From assembly GCA_964399335.1 (NCBI GenBank), contig CAYNQI010000030.1, positions 1 through 11,672 on the forward strand: DNA of 11,672 bases, in the 5' to 3' direction. The stretch comes from an uncultured Thermoplasmata archaeon (lineage in GTDB: Archaea > Thermoplasmatota > Thermoplasmata > Halarchaeoplasmatales > Halarchaeoplasmataceae). A program made the translations under genes and the position numbers. Below are positions 1-8,546 of the stretch, in pieces (within the stretch, counting starts at the first letter, position 1; the number at the start of each line of letters is the position of its first letter). The notes under the pieces are model-generated. The model was not told where the DNA came from. It saw nothing but the letters and a program-made list of their open reading frames with translations, and ran no database searches.

Positions 1-4
1 GCTC

Positions 5-206
5 TTGACCTGTTTTACCAGCGAAGCAGGACTTGACTTTCGGGCAGGATATACCAGCCGTCAAGTACCATTTTACATACCTGTTTCAAGGTATTTAAAG
101 GTTGAAGGAGGGGGTAAGTGAAAGTGGAGATGTAGAAGGTGTGTTTTCACACATCACGACATTCATCCCTCTCCCTGAACGGAGAAGGGCTTCTGTCTAT
201 CTTCTT
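5..206 (-). mobile_element. Putative non-autonomous (MITE/PATE-like) IS200/IS605-family element inserted in lrgB
   Basis: Minus strand 192-162 reads AAGC-CCTTCTCC-GTTCAG-GGAGAGG-GATGAA. This is a subterminal hairpin with a bulged T, of the GAAGCCC..TTCAG..GGGATGAAT type I recognise as an IS200/IS605 left end. A TTAG tetranucleotide (210-207) lies 15 nt upstream of the AAGC guide, exactly where lrgB homology stops. The right end is placed tentatively at TCAA (8-5): removing 5-206 gives GCT CCT AAA AGC GTG ACG ACT CCG = APKSVTTP in the lrgB frame. The left end is better supported than the right end. Confidence 0.6.
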
Positions 207-523
207 CTAAAAGCGTGACGACTCCGATAGCCATAGGTGTAAGTGAACAGATAGGAGGGATACCTCCCCTTACTGCGATATTAGTGATAATCACCGGTAT
301 CCTGGGCAACTCTGTGGGAGTAAATCTTTTGAATCTGTTTGGTGTGAAAGACAAAGTCGCACGAGGATTAGCTATGGGAGTAACTTCCCACGGACTCGGT
401 ACTGCGAAGATAATCCAGGAAGATAAACTGAGTGGTGCCGTAAGTGGTTTAGGTATGGCTCTTAATGGAATATTTACTTCTTTCATATTGTATTATCTTA
501 TACGCTTGCTTATGTGGTTGTGA
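207..523 (+). pseudogene. lrgB: LrgB/CidB-family membrane protein, C-terminal half (gene interrupted at codon P of PKSVTTP)
   Basis: Translation KSVTTPIAIGVSEQIGGIPPLTAILVIITGILG...ARGLAMGVTSHGLGTAKI...GAVSGLGMALNGIFTS matches the LrgB C-terminal signature (KSVTTPIA; A.G.A.G..SH..GTA). Only about 105 codons are present, versus roughly 230 aa for a typical LrgB. There is an in-frame stop at 176-178 and no RBS before GTG 215. Confidence 0.8.
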
Positions 524-674
524 ACGATCGGTTTTAGAAATTGTGTGGAGGTTATATGCCTATGTTATGCAACTGACAGGCAAAGATTTAGCTTGTTAAA
601 TCTGCAAAGTACACACCATTTTACTCCTTTCGAGTAAGGCAAAAACCTATAATTTACATAAGTCGCACATAAAA

Positions 675-707
675 TTTATATATTAAATATAACAATTATA
701 GGGTGGT
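675..707 (+). promoter_or_regulatory. Archaeal promoter (TATA box TTTATATA 675-682) and RBS (GGGTGGT 701-707) of the toxin-antitoxin operon; palindrome TATATT-A-AATATA 679-691 is a possible operator
   Basis: The TATA box is preceded by an A-rich BRE-like stretch and lies about 30 nt before ATG 711. The operator role is inferred from typical type II TA autoregulation; AT-rich palindromes arise easily by chance. Confidence 0.5.
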
Positions 708-710
708 AAA

Positions 711-908
711 ATGGCAACAACGATCCAGGTAGATGTGAAAACAAGAGAGAAGCTAAAAAGATTTGGCCATAAAGGGGAGTCCTACGATGATATCATCGAA
801 CGATTGATGAATTATTGCGAAGAAATGAATATAGAAGAGTTGATCGAGGCAAGATGGGAAAGACTTCAAAAAGAAAAAAATGAATACATCCCTTTGGAAG
901 AGATTTAG
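711..908 (+). CDS. Antitoxin, RHH-like DNA-binding protein (archaeal TTIQV...E[ST]YDD[IV]I.RL type), 65 aa
   Basis: N-terminus MATTIQVDVKTREKLKRFGHKGESYDDIIERLM has the strand-helix-helix pattern of small archaeal antitoxins, and the C-terminus is acidic (EYIPLEEI). It has an RBS and sits directly upstream of a RelE-like gene. Confidence 0.8.
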   Translation: MATTIQVDVKTREKLKRFGHKGESYDDIIERLMNYCEEMNIEELIEARWERLQKEKNEYIPLEEI

Positions 909-1163
909 ATGGAAATCTTATTACATCCCCGTGTTCAAAAATATCTTAATGATAATGGGGAAAAAGAAAGACTCGTAAAGCATATTAGAAAATTAGCTAT
1001 CGATCCATATAATCCTAGGAGTGGAGTGGATATAAAAAAATTAAAAGGAAAACGTCATGACATGTATAGATTGAGAGTCGGGAATCATAGGTTCGAATAT
1101 TTTATAGACGAAGAAAAGATCTGGATTGATGATGCTTTTCACAGGGGAAGAGGATACAAATAA
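909..1163 (+). CDS. relE: RelE/ParE-superfamily toxin (putative mRNA interferase), 84 aa
   Basis: Contains IKKLKG...YRLRVGNHRFEY...I..AFHRG, the RelE-type motif set. Its size and position right after a small antitoxin gene fit. Confidence 0.85.
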   Translation: MEILLHPRVQKYLNDNGEKERLVKHIRKLAIDPYNPRSGVDIKKLKGKRHDMYRLRVGNHRFEYFIDEEKIWIDDAFHRGRGYK

Positions 1164-1192
1164 ATAGACTTACTCGAAAAGGCAAATGACGT

Positions 1193-1512
1193 TAAAAATG
1201 TACCATTTTGTAAACGGACTCATCAGAATCCGCAGTGATAACGAGGATCAAGATAAATAAATGAACGGAGTGAATTTATTAGTCGAAAAGCAGACGCTTT
1301 CTAACACCACGTTTAAAATCAGAGATTTCTAAACGGACTCATCAGAAGGTTGGCGCCTTCTAACTATCCGTCAATTATGAAAAAATAATGTGACGGACAC
1401 CGCAGAATGCTATCGCATTCTCCTTGTCCGTAAAAATGTACCATTTTGTAGACGAACTCATCAGAAGGTTGGCGCCTTCTAACTATCCGTCAATTATGAA
1501 CCGGAAAGTAGA
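1193..1512 (-). repeat. tRNA-linked tandem array of ~59-60-bp degenerate, hairpin-forming units (alternating A/B types, 119-bp super-period)
   Basis: Unit starts (+ strand) at 1211 TAAACGGACTCATCAGAA, 1271 (degenerate), 1330 TAAACGGACTCATCAGAA, 1390 GTGACGGACACCGCAGAA and 1449 TAGACGAACTCATCAGAA, then the tRNA end at 1509 TAGACGGAC. 1330-1381 vs 1449-1500 match 50/52; 1193-1228 vs 1431-1466 match 34/36 (offset 238 = 2x119). Confidence 0.9.
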
Positions 1513-1587
1513 CGGACGCGACGGGATTCGAACCCGTGCTGTCTGCCTTAGAAGGGCAGCGCCATGTCCAGGCTAGGCCACGCGCCC
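1513..1587 (-). tRNA. tRNA-Arg (anticodon UCU), intron-less, CCA not encoded
   Basis: Minus strand GGGCGCG-TG-GCCTAGCCTGGACATGGC-G-CTGCC-CT-TCT-AA-GGCAG-ACAGC-ACGGG-TTCGAAT-CCCGT-CGCGTCC-G forms a complete cloverleaf: acceptor GGGCGCG/CGCGTCC, anticodon stem CTGCC/GGCAG, T-loop TTCGAAT. Confidence 0.97.
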
Positions 1588-1652
1588 ATTGTTAAGAGTG
1601 TTTTTCCCTTACCGTACCTAAGCTGAAACTATTTTCAGATAAGTAATTTTTC

Positions 1653-4130
1653 CTACTCTTCCTCGGTATCCTCGACGATCTCTTTCTCCTCTTCCTCACC
1701 GATGACCTTAGTCATGGCGATCAGTTCGTCATCCTCTTTAACTCTCATAGTTTTCACACCCATGGTGTTCCTTCCCTGTATGCTGATATCATCCACAGCA
1801 GTTCTTATGATCATCCCGGTCCTACTCATCAGGAGGATCTCTTCGCCCTCTTCAACAACTCTAGCACATCTGACTTCGCCGGTCCGATCATTTGTCTTCA
1901 TGGTGATCACACCTTTAGCTCCTCGGTGTGTCTTCCTGTACTTTTCGACGGGACACCTCTTACCGTATCCGTTCTCAGTCAATGTCAACAGCATATCATC
2001 GTCATCAACAAGCGTCATACTGACAACTTCGTCCCCATCTCGGAGTTCTGCACCTTTGACACCCATTGTGTACCTTCCAGTAGCTCTTACCTCGCTTTCA
2101 TCGAAACGTACCGCTTGTCCGTGTTTGGTAGCCAGCATGATCTCTTTTTCACCGTTAGATAATTTAGTATCCACGAGTTCATCGTCTTCCATCAACCTGA
2201 TGGCCCATATCCCGGTAACCCTTGGATTACTGTAAGCCGCCAGGGACGTTTTCTTGATCTTACCTTTCTTAGTTGAGAACAACAAGTACTCGTCTTCTGG
2301 GAAATCACTGACGTGTAAAAGATCCTCGACTTTCTCGTCCCTTTCCAACCTTGGCAGCATGTTCACTATAGGTCTACCTTGGGTCCTACGACCCCCCTTC
2401 GGAACCTTATAGGCTTTCAACCAGTAAACCCTACCTTTATTGGTGAAGAACAATAAATAATCGTGGGAATCCACCACGAACATGTCAACAACATGATCTT
2501 CATCCTTGGTATCCATACCTATAAGTCCGACTCCGCCTCTACGCTGTTTACGGTAGGTATCTACAGGTAACCTTTTGATGTAACCACGTCGAGTCAAAGT
2601 GATCACTAATTTCTCTTTTGGAATAAGATCTTCAGTTTCGACCTGCACTGCATCTTTATCGATCTCAGTCCTTCTCTCGTCACCGTACTCCTCGGCAAGT
2701 TCATCCAACTCATCTTTGATGATATCCAAGATCTTCTGTTCATCACTCAATATACTCTTGTATTCCTTGATCTTCTCTTCGATCTCTTCGTACTCCGTCT
2801 GAAGTTTATCACGTTCCAAACCCGTCAATCTCCTCAACCTCATATCCAGGATGGCCTGGGCCTGTCTCTCACTCAACAGGAACTTAGAGACCAGTTTTCT
2901 TTTAGCTTCGGCTTGGTCCTCGGCTCCACGGATTATCTTTATGACTTCATCTAAGTTACTAAGAGCGGTCAACAAACCTTCCAAGATGTGAGCTCTCTCT
3001 TCTGCCTTATCTAGATCGTACTTCGTTCTACGTGTGACTACATCGATTCGATGATCGATATAATGCTGTATAGTCTCTTTTAAAGATAATATCTCAGGTT
3101 CGTCATCAACTAAAGCTAGATTGATGACCCCGAATGTAACCTCCATCTGAGTATGCTTGAACAATTTATTCAAAGCCACTTCTGGGAGGGTTCCTCTTTT
3201 AAGTTCTACAACAACTCTCACACCATCTCTATCTGATTCGTCCCTAAGATCGGAGACTTCATCCAAAGTTTCTCTTTTGACTAGATCAGCTATATTTTCA
3301 ACCAGAGTAGCTTTGTTGACCTGATACGGAATCTCATTGATTATGATACGACTCCTGTTCCCGCCCATATCTTCGATCCTAGCTTTAGCACGGACGGTTA
3401 TCTTACCCCTCCCGGTCTTGTAAGCTTGATAAACTCCTTCGTGACCGTAGATTATACCTCCGGTCGGGAAATCAGGACCAGGTAGTACATCCATAAGATC
3501 CACAACATCGGATCCAGGTTCATCTATCAACATCTTAGTTGCATCAACGAGTTCGTTCAGATTGTGCGGTGGTACGTTCGTGGACATCCCTACTGCGATC
3601 CCGCTTGAACCGTTCAACAACAGATTGGGTAACTTGGAAGGCAGTACAACCGGTTCCTCTAACGAACCGTCGTAATTGTCTCGAAACTCAACAGTTTCTT
3701 TACCGATATCCTCTAGCATCTCCTCTGCTATGGCTTCCATCCGAGCTTCCGTGTAACGCATAGCGGCTGGTTCATCACCATCTAGTGATCCAAAATTACC
3801 CTGCCCATCCACAAGTGGGTAGCGCAAAGAGAAATCCTGAGCCATCCGCACCAACGTGTCGTAAACGGCTTGGTCACCATGTGGATGGTACTTACCGAGC
3901 ACGTCACCGACTACACGGGCGGACTTCTTGTGAGATTTTTTAGAGGACAACCCTTCCTGGTGCATAGAATACAATATCCTTCTATGTACGGGTTTCAAAC
4001 CATCTCTAACGTCAGGAAGTGCCCTACCCACGATCACGCTCATCGCGTAATTTATGTAAGAATTCTTCATCTCCTCTTCGATATTTTTTTCGTAAACTTC
4101 ATCAGCGATACCGTTATCAACATCGACCAT
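1653..4130 (-). CDS. gyrA: DNA gyrase subunit A, 825 aa
   Basis: Motifs [25 protein letters not shown] and AAMRYTE (catalytic Tyr). The GyrA-box QRRGGVG precedes the beta-pinwheel C-terminal repeats, which distinguishes it from ParC. Acidic C-terminal tail. RBS GAGGT overlaps the gyrB stop. Confidence 0.98.
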   Translation of the reverse strand: MVDVDNGIADEVYEKNIEEEMKNSYINYAMSVIVGRALPDVRDGLKPVHRRILYSMHQEGLSSKKSHKKSARVVGDVLGKYHPHGDQAVYDTLVRMAQDFSLRYPLVDGQGNFGSLDGDEPAAMRYTEARMEAIAEEMLEDIGKETVEFRDNYDGSLEEPVVLPSKLPNLLLNGSSGIAVGMSTNVPPHNLNELVDATKMLIDEPGSDVVDLMDVLPGPDFPTGGIIYGHEGVYQAYKTGRGKITVRAKARIEDMGGNRSRIIINEIPYQVNKATLVENIADLVKRETLDEVSDLRDESDRDGVRVVVELKRGTLPEVALNKLFKHTQMEVTFGVINLALVDDEPEILSLKETIQHYIDHRIDVVTRRTKYDLDKAEERAHILEGLLTALSNLDEVIKIIRGAEDQAEAKRKLVSKFLLSERQAQAILDMRLRRLTGLERDKLQTEYEEIEEKIKEYKSILSDEQKILDIIKDELDELAEEYGDERRTEIDKDAVQVETEDLIPKEKLVITLTRRGYIKRLPVDTYRKQRRGGVGLIGMDTKDEDHVVDMFVVDSHDYLLFFTNKGRVYWLKAYKVPKGGRRTQGRPIVNMLPRLERDEKVEDLLHVSDFPEDEYLLFSTKKGKIKKTSLAAYSNPRVTGIWAIRLMEDDELVDTKLSNGEKEIMLATKHGQAVRFDESEVRATGRYTMGVKGAELRDGDEVVSMTLVDDDDMLLTLTENGYGKRCPVEKYRKTHRGAKGVITMKTNDRTGEVRCARVVEEGEEILLMSRTGMIIRTAVDDISIQGRNTMGVKTMRVKEDDELIAMTKVIGEEEEKEIVEDTEEE

Positions 4131-4140
4131 CGTAAAAACC

Positions 4141-6144
<2,004 letters not shown>

Positions 6145-6164
6145 TTATCACTACATTTTCAAAG

Positions 6165-6179
6165 TATATAATTCTTTTC
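6165..6179 (-). promoter_or_regulatory. Candidate BRE/TATA promoter for gyrB-gyrA (GAAAAGAA-TTATATA)
   Basis: The minus strand reads a purine-rich BRE-like octamer directly followed by TTATATA. It lies downstream of the upstream gene's T-tract and about 105 nt before the gyrB ATG. An alternative TTTAAA is at 6136-6131. Confidence 0.45.
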
Positions 6180-6193
6180 ACCCCTCTGGGTAT

Positions 6194-6203
6194 AAAAAAA
6201 GAA
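6194..6203 (-). terminator. Oligo-T tract, candidate archaeal intrinsic terminator for the 6222-6515 gene
   Basis: TTCTTTTTTT on the minus strand, about 20 nt after the stop codon at 6222. Confidence 0.4.
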
Positions 6204-6221
6204 TAAGCTAATATCAACGTA

Positions 6222-6515
6222 TTATTCACTGTTCTTTATTTTATCTTTAGCTGTCTTATCTAGCTCTTTTTGATAGAGGTGATCTAATACTAATCCCACT
6301 GCAACTAGTATTAGAGTAATCCAGATGAACAATACCATATCAAATACATGGGAAAGTATGAGTAGAACTGCACCTATTCCAGCTATGATGTAAGGCAAGG
6401 CTGTTCTCCAAGTCCACTCAAATTTGACCTCCCTTACTTCACTACCACATAAACTACATTTTTCTTTTTTCTTCTTAACATTGGAACATTTTTTACATAC
6501 ATAACGGGAAGGCAT
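6222..6515 (-). CDS. Hypothetical membrane protein with N-terminal Zn-ribbon (CxxC-x9-CxxC) and two predicted TM helices, 97 aa
   Basis: CKKC...CSLC, then hydrophobic segments LPYIIAGIGAVLLILSHVF and VLFIWITLILVAVGLVL, then a charged helical tail. The AT-rich upstream region has TATATTTA about 25 nt before the ATG (possibly leaderless). Confidence 0.75.
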   Translation of the reverse strand: MPSRYVCKKCSNVKKKKEKCSLCGSEVREVKFEWTWRTALPYIIAGIGAVLLILSHVFDMVLFIWITLILVAVGLVLDHLYQKELDKTAKDKIKNSE

Positions 6516-6600
6516 ATAATTTCTTAAACTTGTTAAATATATTTCTTTTACCCCTTTATTTCAAACATCGGAATAAGAAAACAAGTATTTAAGCGAATAT

Positions 6601-6635
6601 TTTATAATATACGTTATTATGTGATTTGAGGTGGA
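6601..6635 (+). promoter_or_regulatory. TATA box (TTTATAAT 6601-6608) and RBS (GAGGTGG 6629-6635) of the dehydrogenase operon
   Basis: Canonical archaeal spacing before ATG 6639, in an AT-rich region shared with the divergent 6222-6515 gene. Confidence 0.55.
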
Positions 6636-6638
6636 CAT

Positions 6639-8069
6639 ATGCCGGAAAGAAGGATCAAGGAGCACCCTGTTTTAGAATTTGAACGGGGCAACGAGTTTTA
6701 TTTCGATTATGAAGGTAGAAAAGTCAAAGCCTACGAAGGCGAAACAATCGCCTCCGCCCTGTATGCTGACGGACTGAGAAAATTCACGGAAAGTAAACTG
6801 TTAGAAAGACCGAGAGGTTTTTTCTGTGCCATAGGTAAATGTTCATCGTGTATCATGTCCGTAGATGATATACCACATACAAGAACTTGCGTAGTTCTAG
6901 CCAAGGAAGGTATGAAGGTCGAAAATCAAGGAGCTAGACCAGATTTTCCTTCTGTTGAAGTTGAGAAAGGTAAGAGGTTAGAAGAAGATATAGGGATAGC
7001 TATAGTGGGAGGCGGTCCAGCCGGTCTTACTGCAGCTATAATCGCAGCGGAACACGGTGCTGATGTGCATCTCTTCGACGAAGGGGACAAGTTAGGAGGT
7101 CAATTAGTCAAACAGACCCACCAGTTCTTTGGAAGTCATACTGAAGATGCGGGTATCAGAGGCATACACATCGCAGACGAGTTGATCGAGAGAGCACAGG
7201 AACTAGGTGTGGAATTCCACAACAGATCCACCGTTTTGGGATTCTATCCGGAAAGGACAATAGCAGTTGAACATGATAACCGATTTGAGATTTACAATAC
7301 TGAAGGTATTATTTACGCAACTGGTGCCATCGAGAACTTCTTAGCTTTCGAGAACAACGACCTACCAGGTGTTTACGGTGCAGGAGGGGTTCAGACTTTG
7401 ATGAACGAGCAGGGAATAGTTCCCGGTGAAAAAGTTTTGATGATCGGGTCTGGAAACGTCGGAGTTATCGTAAGTTACCAGTTGATACAAGCAGGCGTGG
7501 ACGTTGTCGAAGTCGTAGAGGCACTACCTGAGATCGGTGGGTATCAAGTTCACGCTTCAAAATTAAGAAGGGCGGGAGTTCCGCTCAACACCCGACACAC
7601 CATAAAGAAGGCCTTGGGAGAAGAAAAAGTAGAAGGTGCCATCGTTCAGGAGATCGATGAGAACTGGCAGCCTATCGAAGGTACGGAACGAGAAGTGGAA
7701 TGTGATGTGATCTGTATAGCTGTTGGACTGCATCCGGATAATGAGTTCCTGAGGCAGGCAGGTTGCGAGATGGAATATATTCGAGAACTCGGTGGATACG
7801 TTCCGAAAAGAACGGAAAACATGAGAACAACCACGGAAAGAGTTTACGTAGCAGGGGATTCAGCAGGCATCGAAGAAGCTACCGTAGCAGCTCTAGAGGG
7901 CAAGATAGCCGGAGCGGCTCTTACCGAAGAGATTTATGGTTCCTCAAAAGAGTTAGAAAAGAAGAAAGAAGAGGCCAAGAAGAGTTTAGAACAGATGAGG
8001 ATGGGTCCTTATGGTGAGGCACCCAGACAAGGGGTAAAGATGTGTACAGTAGATGAGGAGGTGTGCTGA
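6639..8069 (+). CDS. pdhA: Dye-linked L-proline dehydrogenase complex alpha-like subunit (2Fe-2S + FAD/NAD(P) oxidoreductase; sarcosine-oxidase-alpha related), 476 aa
   Basis: N-terminal 2Fe-2S motif GFFCAIGKCSSC...RTC, Rossmann motifs IVGGGPAGL and MIGSGNVG, plus ATGA and VYVAGD. First gene of an alpha-ferredoxin-delta-beta cluster as in the Thermococcus pdhAFXB operon (symbol follows that nomenclature, not pyruvate dehydrogenase). Confidence 0.8.
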   Translation: MPERRIKEHPVLEFERGNEFYFDYEGRKVKAYEGETIASALYADGLRKFTESKLLERPRGFFCAIGKCSSCIMSVDDIPHTRTCVVLAKEGMKVENQGARPDFPSVEVEKGKRLEEDIGIAIVGGGPAGLTAAIIAAEHGADVHLFDEGDKLGGQLVKQTHQFFGSHTEDAGIRGIHIADELIERAQELGVEFHNRSTVLGFYPERTIAVEHDNRFEIYNTEGIIYATGAIENFLAFENNDLPGVYGAGGVQTLMNEQGIVPGEKVLMIGSGNVGVIVSYQLIQAGVDVVEVVEALPEIGGYQVHASKLRRAGVPLNTRHTIKKALGEEKVEGAIVQEIDENWQPIEGTEREVECDVICIAVGLHPDNEFLRQAGCEMEYIRELGGYVPKRTENMRTTTERVYVAGDSAGIEEATVAALEGKIAGAALTEEIYGSSKELEKKKEEAKKSLEQMRMGPYGEAPRQGVKMCTVDEEVC

Positions 8070-8546
8070 ATGTCGGATTATAAGAGTACAGGTGTGATAT
8101 CGTTAGATGATATAGAAGTCCCCAGCGATGAGAGATTGAAAGCAGGTCCTGTAGTGATAATAGAATGTGTTGAGAACATACCCTGTGACCCTTGTGTTGC
8201 AGCCTGCCCCAAAGAAGCCATATCCATGGATATCATAACCGACGTACCGGATATAGATTTTGAAGAATGTATCGGCTGTGCTTTATGTGTTACAGAATGT
8301 CCCGGTCTAGCGATCTTCGTGGTTGACTGCAGTTACAGTGATGAGAAATGTAAAATCACAGTTCCTTATGAGTACTTACCCGTTCCCGAGAAGGGAGATA
8401 TCGTTAATGCCTTGGATAAGCGAGGAGATAAGGTACAGGAAGCTGAGGTCGTGAACGTGAGACACTCGGGTAAAACTTACGGTATAACCATGGAGGTCGA
8501 TAAAGAGAACGTTTGGTCCGTTCGGGGATTGGAGGTGATCGAATGA
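8070..8546 (+). CDS. pdhF: 4Fe-4S dicluster ferredoxin subunit (gamma/PdhF-like), 158 aa
   Basis: CVENIPCDPCVAACP and CIGCALCVTECP cluster motifs. RBS GAGGAGGT lies inside the end of the upstream gene. Confidence 0.8.
   Translation: MSDYKSTGVISLDDIEVPSDERLKAGPVVIIECVENIPCDPCVAACPKEAISMDIITDVPDIDFEECIGCALCVTECPGLAIFVVDCSYSDEKCKITVPYEYLPVPEKGDIVNALDKRGDKVQEAEVVNVRHSGKTYGITMEVDKENVWSVRGLEVIE

Noticed and set aside
215-218. Alternative IS left-end junction at TCAC (guide GAAG)
   Set aside because: It would put the guide 22 nt from the cut and leave the in-frame Lys-Ser codons (209-214) of the lrgB motif inside the element. TTAG fits both spacing and homology better.
163-486. 107-aa minus-strand ORF
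   Set aside because: Antisense shadow of lrgB; no recognisable motifs.
1330-1466. Hammerhead ribozyme (minus strand CUGAUGAGUCCG resembles the classic core)
   Set aside because: No stem II closed by the required GAAA. The best stem (GUUCGU/ACGGAC) is followed by AAGG, and the nearby GAAA has no stem II.
1211-1508. CRISPR array (18-nt repeats with ~41-nt spacers)
   Set aside because: The repeat is too short and degenerate, two 'spacers' are nearly identical, hairpins span repeat and spacer, and no cas genes are in the window.
1193-1508. Type III TA antitoxin repeats, integron attC sites, or box C/D sRNAs
   Set aside because: The toxin is RelE-like with a protein antitoxin and the repeats are downstream. 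There are no properly ordered RYYYAAC/GTTRRRY cores, and no complete C...D'/C'...D box set.
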